From Mobula hypostoma (Eukaryota), in NCBI RefSeq assembly GCF_963921235.1, contig NC_086097.1:108502001-108566000 (forward strand): a stretch of DNA of 64,000 nt, in the 5' to 3' direction. The notes below the pieces were generated by a model. The model saw only the letters and a program-made list of their open reading frames with translations. It had not been told where the DNA came from and ran no database searches. Of this stretch, positions 26,062 through 39,600 are shown piece by piece. Position numbers and translations under genes: made by a program. Position 1 is the stretch's first letter, and each line of letters opens with the position of its first letter.

Positions 26062-27750
26062 GGAAATAGTAGGGGACAGAGGGTCCAGTGAGATGGAGGA
26101 ACTGAGGGAAATACATGTTAGTAGGGAAGTGGTATTAGGTAAATTGAAGGGATTAAAGGCAGATAAATCCCCAGGGCCAGATGGTCTGCATCCCAGAGTG
26201 CTTAAGGAAGTAGCCCAAGAAATAGTGGATACATTAGTGATAATTTTTCAAAACTCTTTAGATTCTGGACTAGTTCCTGAGGATTGGAGGGTGGCTACTG
26301 TAACCCCACTTTTTAAAAAAGGAGGGAGAGAGAAACCGGGGAATTATAGGCCGGTTAGCCTGACATCGGTGGTGGGGAAAATGCTAGAGTCAGTTATCAA
26401 AAATATGATAACAGCACATTTGTTAAGCGGTGAAATCATTGGACAAAGTCAGCATGGACTTGTGAAAGGAAAATCATGTCTGACGAATCTCATAGAATTT
26501 TTTGAGGATGTAACTAGTAGAGTGGATAGGGGAGAACCAGTGGATGTGGTATATTTGGATTTTCAAAAGGCTTTTGACAAGGTCCCACACAGGAGATTAG
26601 TGTGCAAACTTAAAGCACACGGTATTGGGGGTAAGGTATTGATGTGGATAGAGAATTGGTTGGCAGACAGGAAGCAAAGAGTGGGAAAAACGGGACCTTT
26701 TCAGAATGGCAGGCAGTGACTAGTGGGGTACCGCAAGGCTCAGTGCTGGGACCCCAGTTGTTTACAATATATATTAATGATTTAGACAAGGGAATTAAAT
26801 GCAGCATCTCCAAGTTTACAGATGACACGAAGCTGGGCGGCTTTGTTAGCTGTGAAGAGGATGCTAAGAGGATGCAGGGTGACTTGGATAGGTTAGGTGA
26901 GTGGGCAAATTCATAGCAGATGCAAATTAATGTGGATAAATGTGAGGACATTTCTCCACTTTGGTGGCAAAAACAGGAAAACAGATTATTATTTGAATGG
27001 TGGCCGATTAGGAAAAGGGGAAGTGCAAGAGACCTGGGTGTCATTGTACACCCCATTGAAAGTGGGCATTCACAGCAGGTGGTGAAAAAGGCGAATGGTA
27101 TGCTGGCATTCATAGCAAGAGGATTCGAGTACAGGAGCAGGGAGGTAATACTGCAGTTGTACAGGGCCTTGGTGAGACCACACCTGGAGTATTGTGTGCA
27201 GTTTTGGTCCCCTAATCTGAGGAAAGACATCCTTGCCATAGAGGGAGTACAAAGAAGGTTCACCAGATTGATTCCTGGGATGGCAGGACTTTCATATGAT
27301 GAAAGACTGGATCAACTCGGCTTATACTCGTTGGAATTTAGAAGATTGAGGGGGGATCTTATTGAAACGTATAAAATCCTAAAAGGATTGGACAGGCTAG
27401 ATGCAGGAAGATTGTTCCCGATGTTGGGGAAGTCCAGAACGAGGGGTCACAGTTTGAGGATAAAGGGGAAGCCTTTTAGGAGCAAGATTAGGAAAAACTT
27501 CTTCACACCGAGTGTGGTGAATCTGTGGAATTCTCTGCCACAGGAAACAGTTGAGGCCAGTTCATTGGCTATATTTAAGAGGGAGTTAGATATGGCCCTT
27601 GTGGCTAAAGGGATCAGGAGGTATGGAGGGAAGGCTGGTAGAGGGTTCTGAGTTGGATGATCAGCCAGGATCATACTGAATGGTGGTGCAGGCTCGAAGG
27701 GCTGACTGGCCTACTCCTGCAGCTATTTTCTATGTTTTTCTATGTTTTCT
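26062..27750 (+). mobile_element. Young 5'-truncated CR1 LINE (RT)
   Basis: [39 protein letters not shown]; ctatgttt-type tail. Confidence 0.95.
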
Positions 27751-29279
27751 AACTATAACAGTATCAGTGAAAGATCAACCAGAGCGCAGAAGACAACAAA
27801 CTGTGCAAATTCAAATTAATAGCAATAAATAACAAGAACATGAAATAACATGATAAAGAGTCCTTAAAGTGAGATCAGTGGTTGTGGGAATATCTCAAAG
27901 AATGGGCAAGTGTGTGTAGTTATCCCCTTTTATTCAGGAACCTGATGGTTGAGGGGTAGTAACTGTTCTTGAACCTGGAGGTGCTGTCTCTCTCAACGTA
28001 TACTCCCTGTTTTGAGTATTTCTTGCAGTTTTTGTTCCATGTCAGATTTTACTTTTGGATTATAGTTTATTAGTTTCTTGTTTTCTCCCAATTGTCAGTT
28101 TTTCTTACAATCTGATACTTCTTTTAACTTTAATTAACTGTGGATAGTTTCCCTTTCCAATTGAGTATTGCTTACTGAAATATTTGTTGAAAATTATGAA
28201 ATATTTAAATGTCTGACACTGCTTTTTGTATCATTTTGGCTAGCTCTCCCTTCACATGTAATTGCCACAGAAACAATATGAGAACCCATTTTCCAACCTA
28301 TTTAGTGCTCTCAGTTTGAAATTCTGTCATAGTCGCTCTTCCCCAAACAATCTTCCATCAAGAGATCACTAAGTAATCTGAAGTAGATTGTTCCTACTTA
28401 GGTCCACAAAATATTACTCCAGAAAACTGTCTTGAATATATTCGTTGAACCTGTCCTTAAGTCTAGCTTTGGTAAATTTGGGCCAGTCCTTCTCTAAATT
28501 AAAGTAGCCAATAATTATGCATATTCCTTATTACATATTGTCTTCTTTGATCCATATACTATCAAGTTCAAGTTTATTGCCATTCATCCATACACATGGA
28601 CACAGCTAAACGAAACATTGTTCCTCCGGGGCCAAGGTACAAAATACAGTAAGTATAGTCATACACAGCACATGTAGTTGTGATCCAGCACATACAGTCA
28701 CAAAATAACGGTAGCACAAATTCCTCAGTGGCACGGTCTAAAGATTGACAGGTTGACATAAAATGGGAGGTGCATGTTTATGTAAGACAACATAACGTTA
28801 CAAGCAGTGGTATTCTGCAAATACTGCATGAGCTCAGCAGGTCGGCATCTATGGAAATGAATAAAGAGTCGACGTTTCGGGCTGAGACCCACCTTTAGGG
28901 CTGTAGTATAAATGTGTAAAACAGTTGCTAATAAAAGACCAGTGCAGGATGAGAGTGTATCTGTGAGTTGGGGAGTAAGAGAAGCTCGCGGCAGGACATT
29001 CAGACAGTGTACGTGTGTGCTGGGTGGCAGCAGGGTGTTAGGAAGTCCAACAGCCTGGGGAAAGAAGCTGTTTCCTAGCCTGACAGTTCTGTTCCTTATG
29101 CTGAGGCACCTTCTGCCAGATGGCAGAAAGTCAGAGAGATTGTCGGAAGGATGGAAAGGGTCTTTCACAAGGCAGGAGGCACTGCGTATTCTCTGCTTCT
29201 GATCTATGTCCTGAGTGCGGAGAAGAGAGACTCCAGTGATGTTCCTCACTCCTTGCACCCAATTCAATGCAGTCAATTT

Positions 29280-29620
29280 TAAGGACCCTATAGACCAGTG
29301 AGTTATTCTCCCTTTGGTTTCCCCTCTGACTTCTAGTTCAGCCCGTGCTCGTTGACGCCATATTCGATCAAATGCTGCTTTGATGTCGAGGCAGTTAATC
29401 GTATTTCATCCCTGGAGTTCAGTTCTTGGGGCCATATTTGCATCGAGGCTGCACCAAATTGATCAGTGGTTTGCCTAGTACTGCTTCTGGCATCCCCCCC
29501 ACCCCGTGCCCCCCCCCCCATTGAACCAGTGTTGATCCTCCAGTTCAGTGACAGAAATGCAGCTGCGACAGGTGGCTTGCTGAGAACGAGATCAAGTAGG
29601 CTTTTCCCATTTGTTTGTTC
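29280..29620 (-). mobile_element. Old LINE RT fragment
   Basis: Minus translation ELNSRDEIRLTA / LDIKAAFDRIW across a frameshift. Confidence 0.55.
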
Positions 29621-29662
29621 CATTTCCCTACAATATTTAATGTAATTTGTGCTCTTTGGGTG

Positions 29663-29850
29663 TCATTGGATGTATTTAAGTCAGAGATTGATAGGTATCT
29701 GAGTAGCCAGGGCATCAAAGGTTATGATGAGAAGGCAGGGGAGTGGGACTAAATGGGAGAATGGATCAGCTCATGACAAAATGGCAGAGCAGACTCGATG
29801 GGCCGAATGGCTGACTTCTGCTCCTTTATCTTATGGTCTTATGGTCTCTT
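29663..29850 (+). mobile_element. CR1 3' tail
   Basis: Near-identical to 59645-59830; (tatggtc)n tail. Confidence 0.8.
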
Positions 29851-30769
29851 TACTTTGTTTATTTATGTGTAATTCATTTGTAGATTTAATTGTTACTTTC
29901 CTACATTATTGTGTGTTATGTGTATTACTGTGCTTTACTCCCTGGTCTGGTCTGGAGAAATGTTATATATAGTTCAATGACAATAGACTTGACTTGTCAC
30001 CTGTCAATGGCAAGGTCGATGTTGAGATATTACTGCTAATTGGTGAGTCTTATAAGGAGAGAGACTGAAGGTTAAGGAGAAACAATAATAACTGAATGCA
30101 TAAGAATATATTTTAGCAGAGGAAGGCAAATCACTCAAATTTTCTATTCAATGGCTGTAGATGCTAGATCATTTTAAGTATTTAAAGAGGAAGTAGATAA
30201 ATTCCTGGAAGATTGGGGACTGACACAGAAAAGTATATTAAGTGGTAGGCTCACTACTACCATTGGGCAGGAAGTACAGGAGCCTTGGGTCTCACTCAGA
30301 CAGGTTCAGGAACAGTTATAATCTTACAGCCGTCTGGTTCCTGAACCATCGTGGATAACTTCACTCACCTCACCTACAGACTTACTTTCAAGGACTCTAC
30401 GACTCATGTTCTCAATATTATTGATTTTATTTTAATTTGCATATTGGTTGTTTGTCAGTCTTTGTTTATGTATGGTTTTTATTCTATTGTATTTCTTTAT
30501 TTTCCCATAAATGCCTGCAAGGAAATGAATTTCAGGGTAGTAAATGGGGGCATGTATGTGCTTTGATAATAATATACTTTGACTTTGAGAGGACAAGTGG
30601 CTGACTCTTAACATCCTCTGTTCTTGTAGGTATTCTCTTGAACTGTTTATCCTCCCTGTTTTCACATCTGTACCAGGTAGCAGAAGTACCTTATGCTTGC
30701 TGGACAACATCAAAAGCTGAGTCCTACTTCACTACATCCGGATGCTCATACATGCTTGACTCAATCATA

Positions 30770-31332
30770 TGCTTCTATCTTGGGGTCATTTATTCTGTTC
30801 GGTGCTCCCGGCGCGGCCTCCTGTATATTGATTGGTGAGACCCGATGTAGATTGGGAGACCGCTTCGCTGAGCATCTACGCTCCGTCCACCAGAACAAGC
30901 GGGATCACCCAGTAGCTACTCATTTTAATTCCACTTCCCATTCGTGGTCACCTCCACTGTCATGATGAGGCCACACTTTGGTTGGAGGAACAACACCTTA
31001 TATTTTGTTTGGGTAGCCTCCAACCTGATGTCATGAATATCGATTTCTCAAACTTCTGATAATGCCCCCCACCCACTCTTCACTATTTCCTATCCCTTTG
31101 TCCCTCTCTCACCTTATCTCCTTGCCTGCCCATCACCTCCCTCTGGTGCTCCACCCCCCCCTTTGTTCTATCTTCTGGTGTTTTGCTCTCCCCCCTTCTC
31201 CCACCTTTTAAATCTATTCCTCATCTTTTTTTCTCCAGTCCTGCCAAGGAGTCTCAGCCCAAAATGTCGACTGTACTTTTTTCCATAAATACTGCCTGGC
31301 CTGCTGCGTTCCTCCGGCATTTTGTGCGTGTC
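30770..31332 (+). mobile_element. PLE GIY-YIG 3' fragment with decayed hammerhead module
   Basis: GVIYSVRCSRRGLLY / IGETRCRLGDRFAEHLRSV...HPVATHFNS. Confidence 0.88.
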
Positions 31333-31593
31333 ACAAAGTATCGCAGGTCTCGGCGACTAAAAGCAGCACCTCTTTTTGTTTTCATGAACTCCCAAGATTA
31401 ATAAATACCCAAAGTTTGCATTCTGTTGAAGCTGCGCCATAGTAATCGATAAAGAGCAACGTGGAGTGTCTTTTGCCTTTGTTTAGGTGCTCCAAAGCCA
31501 AGAGGAGAAGTTGTACCTTGTGAACTCACAAAGCAAAACTTTGAGCTCCGAACAAAAGGTATTAATTATTGTGTTTTTATTATTACATTTCAG

Positions 31594-31762
31594 GTAATAT
31601 TGTAGCAAAGGAGAAAAGGCGGCATCGCTCTCATAAATTCCTGTGCTTGAGAGTTGGAAAACCAATGAGGAAGACGTTTGTGTCTGTAGCAAGTGCATCC
31701 ATGCAACAGTATGCCCAGAGGGACAGGAAACACGAATATTGGTTTGAAGTGCCACATGAAAG
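31594..31762 (+). CDS. OXR1: OXR1 coding exon
   Basis: Acceptor tacatttcag| and donor ag|gtaaat; 169 nt, phase 1 to 2; KEKRRHRSHKFLCLRVGKPMRKTFVSVASASMQQYAQRDRKHEYWFEVPHER. Confidence 0.95.
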
Positions 31763-32821
31763 GTAAATCTATCTTGGGCTCGCACTGGAATTCTACTGAG
31801 GTTCAGGCTCTGATAGCTACACAGTGCAAACTTCCCTGTGCAAACATTTTGTGCATGGTAAATAACCTAACTGTCCATTTGAGTCTTAGTTAAATCACTG
31901 ACTTTTGTACAATTTGTTGATGATGAAAGACGAAAATGTTTATTTTGATAGGTCAGGATGGTTCCGCCTAGGGCAACTTGAAAGGCCTTCTATCCACTCT
32001 TACAAATATTAGAAGTGTACTGCTTATTAAAATAGGAGATATCCACTTTCTACATTAATGAACCTAAATGAATTATTTATGTGTACCTTTGTTGCATAAT
32101 TTGTGTTCAGTTGAAAGTAGGTCATTTAATATCATTCAAATGTTACTAAATTTTTAATGTACTTAGAAATTAAACTGTGTATAAAACCCTGGACTAAAAT
32201 GATAGTGTCTGGGAGTGTGCATGGGTTGTTTCAATGCCATTTGTGCATGTTTTTCATGAGCGTATCTGATGTAATGACATGTCCATTTTGGAGGCAGGAA
32301 TAGAACTTTTTTTTAACAAATTGTGCTCAAAAATGTGTGCCATTTCAGAAGGCTGTGAACCTGGTAAACTGATGTTAAAGAATAGCTTCAAGATAAGGAA
32401 AGCCATTCAGCCTTTCATGACTCTACGTCTCTACCAGAGTAACCTAACAGTTCCACTCACTTGCCTGTTGTGTGTAGCCATGCAATTTTTTGTCAGGTTA
32501 TATTTATCTAGTTCTCTCCTAAAGGCCACAGTGAAACCTGCCTCCATTGCATTTGCATGCAGTGCTGTCCACATTCCAACTATATGCTGCATAACAATAT
32601 ATCTTCCTCTGACACAATAATTCTCTTCCCCTTTATACATGTGACCTCCAGTTCTACAACCCTTGACCAGAGTAACAGCCTCCCACTACAAGTGATCCTA
32701 TTATCATGGGGACGGTTATGATCCTAGAAAGCAGTTGTACCACAATTTTCTGTATCACATGTTGATTTATTTAGTTTTTTCCCATAAATTCCAGAGAGAA
32801 ATTTATATTTTGTATCGATAA

Positions 32822-33573
32822 CACTGGACAACGATTTTTTTTCAGAAGTGTTTCTTCCTCTGAATTTTTTTTGTTTATGATAGACCACTTGAAGTTGAAC
32901 ACAAATATAATTTCAGACAACTTGTGTCACGTAGGACTATGGAGAAACGAAATTATCTTTTATTGTTATGGATGCTGACACTTTTCAATAGTTGAACTGG
33001 GCTAAAAATATATTGTTGATTATTTTTGTTTGTACTGAGTGTCTGAGACTTCTCACTTCAGTGTCCAACAATAATTAGCCAGCATTGATGGATTCCAGTT
33101 GCCCTGATAACTGTTTCTCTATGACTGCAATCTCCTAGTGAAACCTCTCACCATGCTCGTCACTGACAGCACCAAGATTGGCAGGGAAAAATTCTAAACG
33201 GGAATGCAGATAATGAATCTTTAGTGACGTGTTGCACTGCGTGGTTTTGTATGCTTGAAGTACATTGTCGACCAGCAGCATGTAGTTTGGTGCTGTGTAG
33301 TTGCCAAGAAGGATATCAACAACATTTCTGAATGCCTTCCATACAATTTTCTCCAGTCCCACCTGTGGTTCTTAGAATTGTCTGTCATTGATGACCTGTT
33401 TCATTTGTGGTCTAACAAAAATACCTTCCTTAATCTTGAAATAACAAATATAAAAGATTTTTTTAAAAATGCTGCATGACAGGGAAATTTCCTGATGATT
33501 TTAATGATCAGCAGCCCAAAATACTAAGGAACACCCAAAAGTATTCAGGAAGTAAAGTCTTTGTTGCCCAGTG
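32822..33573 (-). mobile_element. Chapaev3 (CMC superfamily) deletion derivative
   Basis: TIR CACTGGACAAC / GTTGCCCAGTG; 3-bp TAA TSD; transposase remnant SLKIHYLHSRLEFFPANLGAVSDEHGERFH. Confidence 0.88.
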
Positions 33574-33634
33574 TAATTTGTGGGTAAAATTTCATAACCC
33601 TAAAGGCAGGAGTTGCCTTTACCTATTTTGTTCA

Positions 33635-36600
33635 GGCGTCTGAGGAGCGGGTGTCAGAGTAGTGGGAGACAGAGTAGGAAGGGTTTGGCTCAACGGGGCT
33701 TTGGCAATAAAGGGTTGAGGCCAGGTAGGTTATCTGTTTAAAATAAAGACAGAGAGGATGTGTGTGAGGCCGGTTTTCTGTGCTTGGTGTCAGATGTGGG
33801 AAGTCCTAGAGACTCCTGGCCTCCCGGCCAACCACATTTGCACCAGGTGCATCGAGCTGCAGCTCCTTAAAGACCGCGTTAGGGAACTGGAGATGCAGCT
33901 CGATGATCTTCGTCTGGTCAGGGAGAGTGAGGAGGTGATGGAGAGCAGCTATAGGCAGGTAGTCACCCCGGGACCACAAGAGACTGAGAAGTGGGTAACA
34001 GTCAGGAGAGGGAAGGGCAAGAAGCAGGTGCTAGGGAGTACCCCAGTGGCTGTCCTCCTTAACAAAAAGCTTGAGTACTGTTGGAGGGGATGGCCTACCT
34101 GGGGGAAGCAACAGTGGTTGGCCTCTGGCACAGATTCTGGCCCTGTGGCTCAGAAGGTTTGGGAAAAGAAGAGGATGGGGACTCTATAGTTAGGGGGTCA
34201 GACAGGTGATTCTGTGGACGCAGGAAAGAAACGCAGATGGTAGTTTGCCTCCCAGGTGCCAGGGTCTGGGACGTTTCTGATTGAATCCACGATATCTTGA
34301 AGTGGGAAGGTGAACAGCCAGAGGTCGTGGTACATATTGCTACCAACGACATGGGTAGGAAAAGGGAGGAGGTCCTGAAAACAGACTACAGGGAGTTAGG
34401 AAAGAAATTGAGAAGCAGGACCTCAAAGGTAGTAATCTCGGGATTACTACCTGTGCCACGTGATAGTGAGTGTAGGAATAGAATGCAGTGGATGATAAAT
34501 GTGTGGCTGAGGGATTGGAGCAGGGGGCAGGGATTCAGATTACTGGATCATTGGGACCTCTTCTGGGGCAGGTGTGACCTGTACAAAAAGGATGGGTTGC
34601 ACTTGAATCCCAGGGGGACCAATATCCTGGTGGGGAGGTTTGCTAAGGCTACTGGGGAGAGTTTAAACTAGAATTGTTCGGGGGTGGGAACCAAACTGAA
34701 GACACTGGGGAAGAGGCGGTTGGCTCACAAATAGAGAAAGCTTGGAGACAGTGTGTGAGAGAGGATAAGCAAGTGATAGAGAAGGGACGCGCTCAGACCG
34801 ACGATTTCAGATGTGTCTATTTTAACGCAAGGAGTATTGTGAGCAAAGCGGATAAGCTTAGACCGTGGATCAGCACTTGGAGCTATGATGTTGTGGCCAT
34901 TACAGAGACTTGGATGGTGCAGGGGCAGGGATGGCTACTTCAAGTGCCAGGCTTTAAATGTTTCAGAACGGACAGGGAGGGACGGAGGCAAAAGAGGTGG
35001 GGGCGTGGCACTGTTGATCAGAGATAGTGTCACGGCTGCAGAAAAGGAGGAAGTCATGGAGGGGTTGTCTACGGAGTCTCTGTGGGTGGAAGTTAGGAAC
35101 AGGAAGGGGTCAATAACTCTACCGGGTGTTTTTTACAGACCACGCAATATTAACAGGGACATTGAGGAGCAGATAGGGAGACAGATTCTGGAAAGGAGTA
35201 ATAGTAACAGGGTTGTTGTGGTGGGAGATTTTAATTTCCCAAATATTGATTGGCATCTCCCTAGAGTGAGGGGTTTAGATGGGGTAGAGTTTGTTAGTTG
35301 TGTTCAAGAAGGTTTCTTGACACATTATGTAGATAAGCTTACAAGAGGAGAGGCTGTACTTGATCTGGTATTGGGAAATGAATCTGGTCAGGTGTCAGGT
35401 CTCTCAGTGGGAGAGCACTTTGGAGATAGTGATCACAATTCTATCTCCTTTACCATAGCACTGGAGAGGGATAGGAACAGACACGTTAGGGAAACGTTTA
35501 ATTGGAGTAAGGGGAAATCTGAGGCTATCAGGCAGGAACTTGGAAGCATAAATTGGAAACAGATGATGTTCTCAGGGAAACGTACTAAAGAAATATGGTA
35601 AATGTTCAGGGGATATTTGCGTGGGGTTCTGAGCAGGTACGTCCCAATGAGACATGGAAAGGAAGATACAGTACAAGATCCGTGGTGCTGTTGCAAATCT
35701 AGTCAAGGAGAAAAGAAGAACTTACAAAAGGTTCAAAAAACTAGGTAATGATATGAATCTAGAAGATTATAGGCTTGCAGAAAGGAGTTTAAGAAGGAAA
35801 TTTGGAGAGCCAGAAGGGGCCATGAGAAGGCGTTGGCGGACAGGACTAAGGAAAACCCCAAGGCATTCTACAAGTTTGTGAAGAGCAAAAGGATAAGATG
35901 TGAGAGAATAGGACCAATCAAGTGTGACATTGGAGAAGTGTGTATGGAACCGGAGGAAATAGCGGAGGTACTTAATGTATACTTGCTTCAGTATTCTCTA
36001 CGGAAAAGGATCTTGGCGATTGTAGGGATGACTTGCAGTGGACTGAAAAGCTTGAGAATGTAGATATTAAGAAAGAGGATGTGCTGGAGCTTTTGGAAAG
36101 CATCAAGTTGGATAAGTCACCAGGACCGGATGGGATGTACCCAGGCTACTGTGGGAAGCGAGGGAGGAGATTGCCGAGCCTCTGGCAATGATCTTTGTAT
36201 CATCAATGAGGACAGGAGAGGTTCCAGAGGATTGGAGGGTTGCAGATGTTGTTCCCTTATTCAAGAAAGAGAGTAGAAATATCTCAAGAAATTATAGGCC
36301 AGTGAGTCTTACTTCAGTGGTTGGTAAGTTGATGGAGAAGATCCTGAGAGGGGATTTATGAACATTTGGAGAAGCATAATATGATTAGGAATAGTCAATA
36401 TGGCTTTGTCAAAGGCAGATTGTGCCTTACGAGCCTGACTGAATTTTTTGAGGATGTCACTAAACACATTGATGAAGGTAGAGCTGTAGATGTAGTGTAT
36501 ATGGATTTTAGCAAGTAATTTGATAAGGTACCCCATGCAAGACTTATTGAGAAAGTAAGGAGGCATGGGATCCAAGGGGACCTTGCATTATGGATCCAGA

Positions 36601-39600
36601 ACTGGCTTGCCCACAAGAAAGCAAAGAGTGGTTGTAGACGGGTCATACTCTGTATGGAGGCCAGTGACCAGTGGTGTTCCTCAGGGATCTGTTCTGGGAC
36701 CCCTACTTTTTGTGATTTTTATAAGTGACCTGGATGAGGAAGTGGAGGGATGGGTTAGTAAATTTGCTGATGCCACAAAGGTAGGAGGTGTTGTGGATAG
36801 TGTGGAGGGCTATCAGAGATTACAGCAGGACATTGATAGGATGCAAAACTGGGCTGAGAAGTGGCAGATGGAGTTAACCCAGATAAGTGTGAGGTGGTTC
36901 ATTTTGGTAGGTCAAATATGATGGCAGAACATAGCATTAATGGTAAGACTCTTGGCAGTGTGGAGGATCAGAGGGATCTTGGGGTCCGAGTCCATAGGGC
37001 ACTCAAAGCTGCTACACAGGTTAGCTCTGTGGTTAAGAAGGCATATGGGGCATTGCCTTCATCAATCGTGGGATTGAGTTTAAGAGCCGAAAGGTAATGT
37101 TGCAGCTATATAGGACCCGGGTCAGACTCAACTTGGAGTACTGTGCTCAGTTCTAGTCGCCTCACTGCAGGAAGGATGTGGAAACTATAGAAAGGGTGCG
37201 AAAGAGATTTACAAGGATGTTGCCTGGATTGGGGAGCATGCCTTATGAGAATAGGTTGAGTGAACTCAGCCTTTTCTCCTTGGAGCGACAGAGGATGAGA
37301 GGTGACTTGATAGAGGTGAATAAGATGATGAGAGGCATTGATCGTGTGGCTAGTCAGAGGCTTTTCCCCAGGGCTGAATTGGCTAGTACGAGGGGGCACA
37401 GTTTTAAGGTGCTTGGAAGTAGGTACAGAGGAGGTGTCAGGGGTAAGTTTTGTACGTAGAGAGTGGTGAGTGCGTGCAATGTGCTGCCGGCAGTGGTGGT
37501 GGAGGCGGAAACTATAGGGTCTTTTAAAATACTCCTGGATGGCTACCTGGACCAATATCCTGGCAGGGAGATTTGCGAGGGCTACTGAGGTGAATTTAAA
37601 CTAGAATGGTTGGGGGGAGGGAATCAAATTAAGGAGACTAGGAGAGGGGAGGTTAGTTCACAAATGGAGAAGGCAGGTAGACAGCGTGTGAGGGAGGATA
37701 GGCAGGGGACAGACATCAGGAGCACTCAGACCAAAGATGTAGGGGACAAGGAAGAAAAAGGTTGCAAAGTTGTTTGTTCCATTAAGGATAAACAGAGAGT
37801 AGGAGGTGGAGAGTTTCTTAAGTGCATCTATTTTAATGCTCGGAGCATTGTAAGAAAGGTGGATGGGCTTAGAGCATGGATTGATACCTGGAAATATGAT
37901 GTTGTAGCTATTAGTGAAACATGGCTGCAGCACTAAATATTCCAGGATTTTGTTGCTTCAGGTGTGATAGAATAGGAGGGGCAAGAGGTGAAGGTGTTGC
38001 ATTGTTTGTCAGAGAAAATATAACAGCGGTGCTCTGGCAGGATAGATTAGTGGACTCGTCTAGGGAGGCTGTTTGGGTGGAATTGAGGTGTAGGAAAGGT
38101 GTTGTGATGCTTATAGGGGTGTATTATAGACCACCTGATGGGGACCGAGAACTGGAGGAGCAAATTTGTAAGGAGACTGCAGGTATTTGTAGTAAGCACA
38201 AGGTTGTGATTGTGGGAGATTTTCATTTTCCACACATAGACTGGGAAGCCCATTCTGTCAAACGGCTGGATGGTTTGGAGTTTGTCAAATGTGAGCAAGA
38301 TAGTTATTTGCAGCAATACATAGGGGTACCAACGAGAGAAGGGGCAGTGTTGGATCTCCTGTTAGGGAATGAGATAGGGCAGGTGACGGAGGTATGTGTT
38401 GGGGAGCACTTCGGGTCCAGTGATCACAATACCATTAGTTTCAATATAATTATGGAGAAGGATCGGTCTGGACCTAGAATTGAGATTTTTGTTTGGAGAA
38501 AGGCTAACTTTGAGGAGATGCAAAAGGATTTAGAAGGAGTGGATTGGGACAGTTTGTTTTATGGGAAGGATGTAATAGTGAAATGGAGGTCATTTAAAGT
38601 TGAAATGTTAAGGGTACAGGATCTTTATGTTCCTGTTAGGTTGAAAGGAAAGGTTAAAAGTTTGAGAGAGCCATGGTTTTCAAGGGATAGTGGAAACTTG
38701 GTTCAGAAAAAGAGAGGGATCTTCAATAAATATAGGCAGCTTGGAGTTAATGAGGTGCTCGAGGAATATAAAGAATGTAAAAAGAATCTTAAGAAAGAAA
38801 TTAGAAAAGCTAAAAGAAGATACAAGGCTGCTTTGGCAAGTAAGGTGAAAATAAATCCAAAGTGTTTCTACAGTTATGTTAATAGCAAAAGGATAGTGAG
38901 GGATAAAATTGATCTCTTAGAGAATCAGAGTGGACGGCTATGTGCGGAGCCAAAAGAGATGGGGGAGATTTTGAACGATTTCTTTTCTTCGGTATTCACT
39001 AAGGAGAACGATATTGAATTGTGTAAGGTAAGGGAAACAAGAAGGGTAGTTATGGAAAGTATGACAATTAAAGAAGAGGAAGTACTGGTGCTTTTAAGGA
39101 ATATAAAAGTGGATAAGTCTCCGGGTCCGGACAAGATATTCCTAGGACCTTGAGGGAAGTTAGTGTGGAAATAGCAGGGGCTCTGACAGAAATATTTCAA
39201 ATGTCATTAGAAACTGGGATGGAGCCTGAGGATTGGCACATTGCTCATGTAGTTCCATTGTTTAAAAAGGGTTCTAAGAGTAAACCTGGCAATTATCGGC
39301 CTGTGAATTTGACGTCAGTGGTGGGTAAATTGATGGAAAATATTCTTAGAGATGGTATATATAATTATCTGGATAGACCGGGTCTGCTTGGGAACAGTCA
39401 ACATGGATTTGTGTTTGACAAACCTTATTGAATTTTTCGATGAGGTACTAAGAAAGTTGATGAGGGTAAAGCGGTGGATGTTGTCTATATGGACTTCAGT
39501 AAGGCCTTTGACAAGGTTTCACACGGAAGGTTAGTTAGGAACTTTCAATTGCTAGGCATTAATATCGAAGTAGTAAAATGGATTCAGCAGTGGCTGGATG

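Noticed and set aside
37921..39153. 410-aa ORF as a host or domesticated gene
   Set aside because: CR1 ORF2 endonuclease/linker piece bounded by frameshifts.
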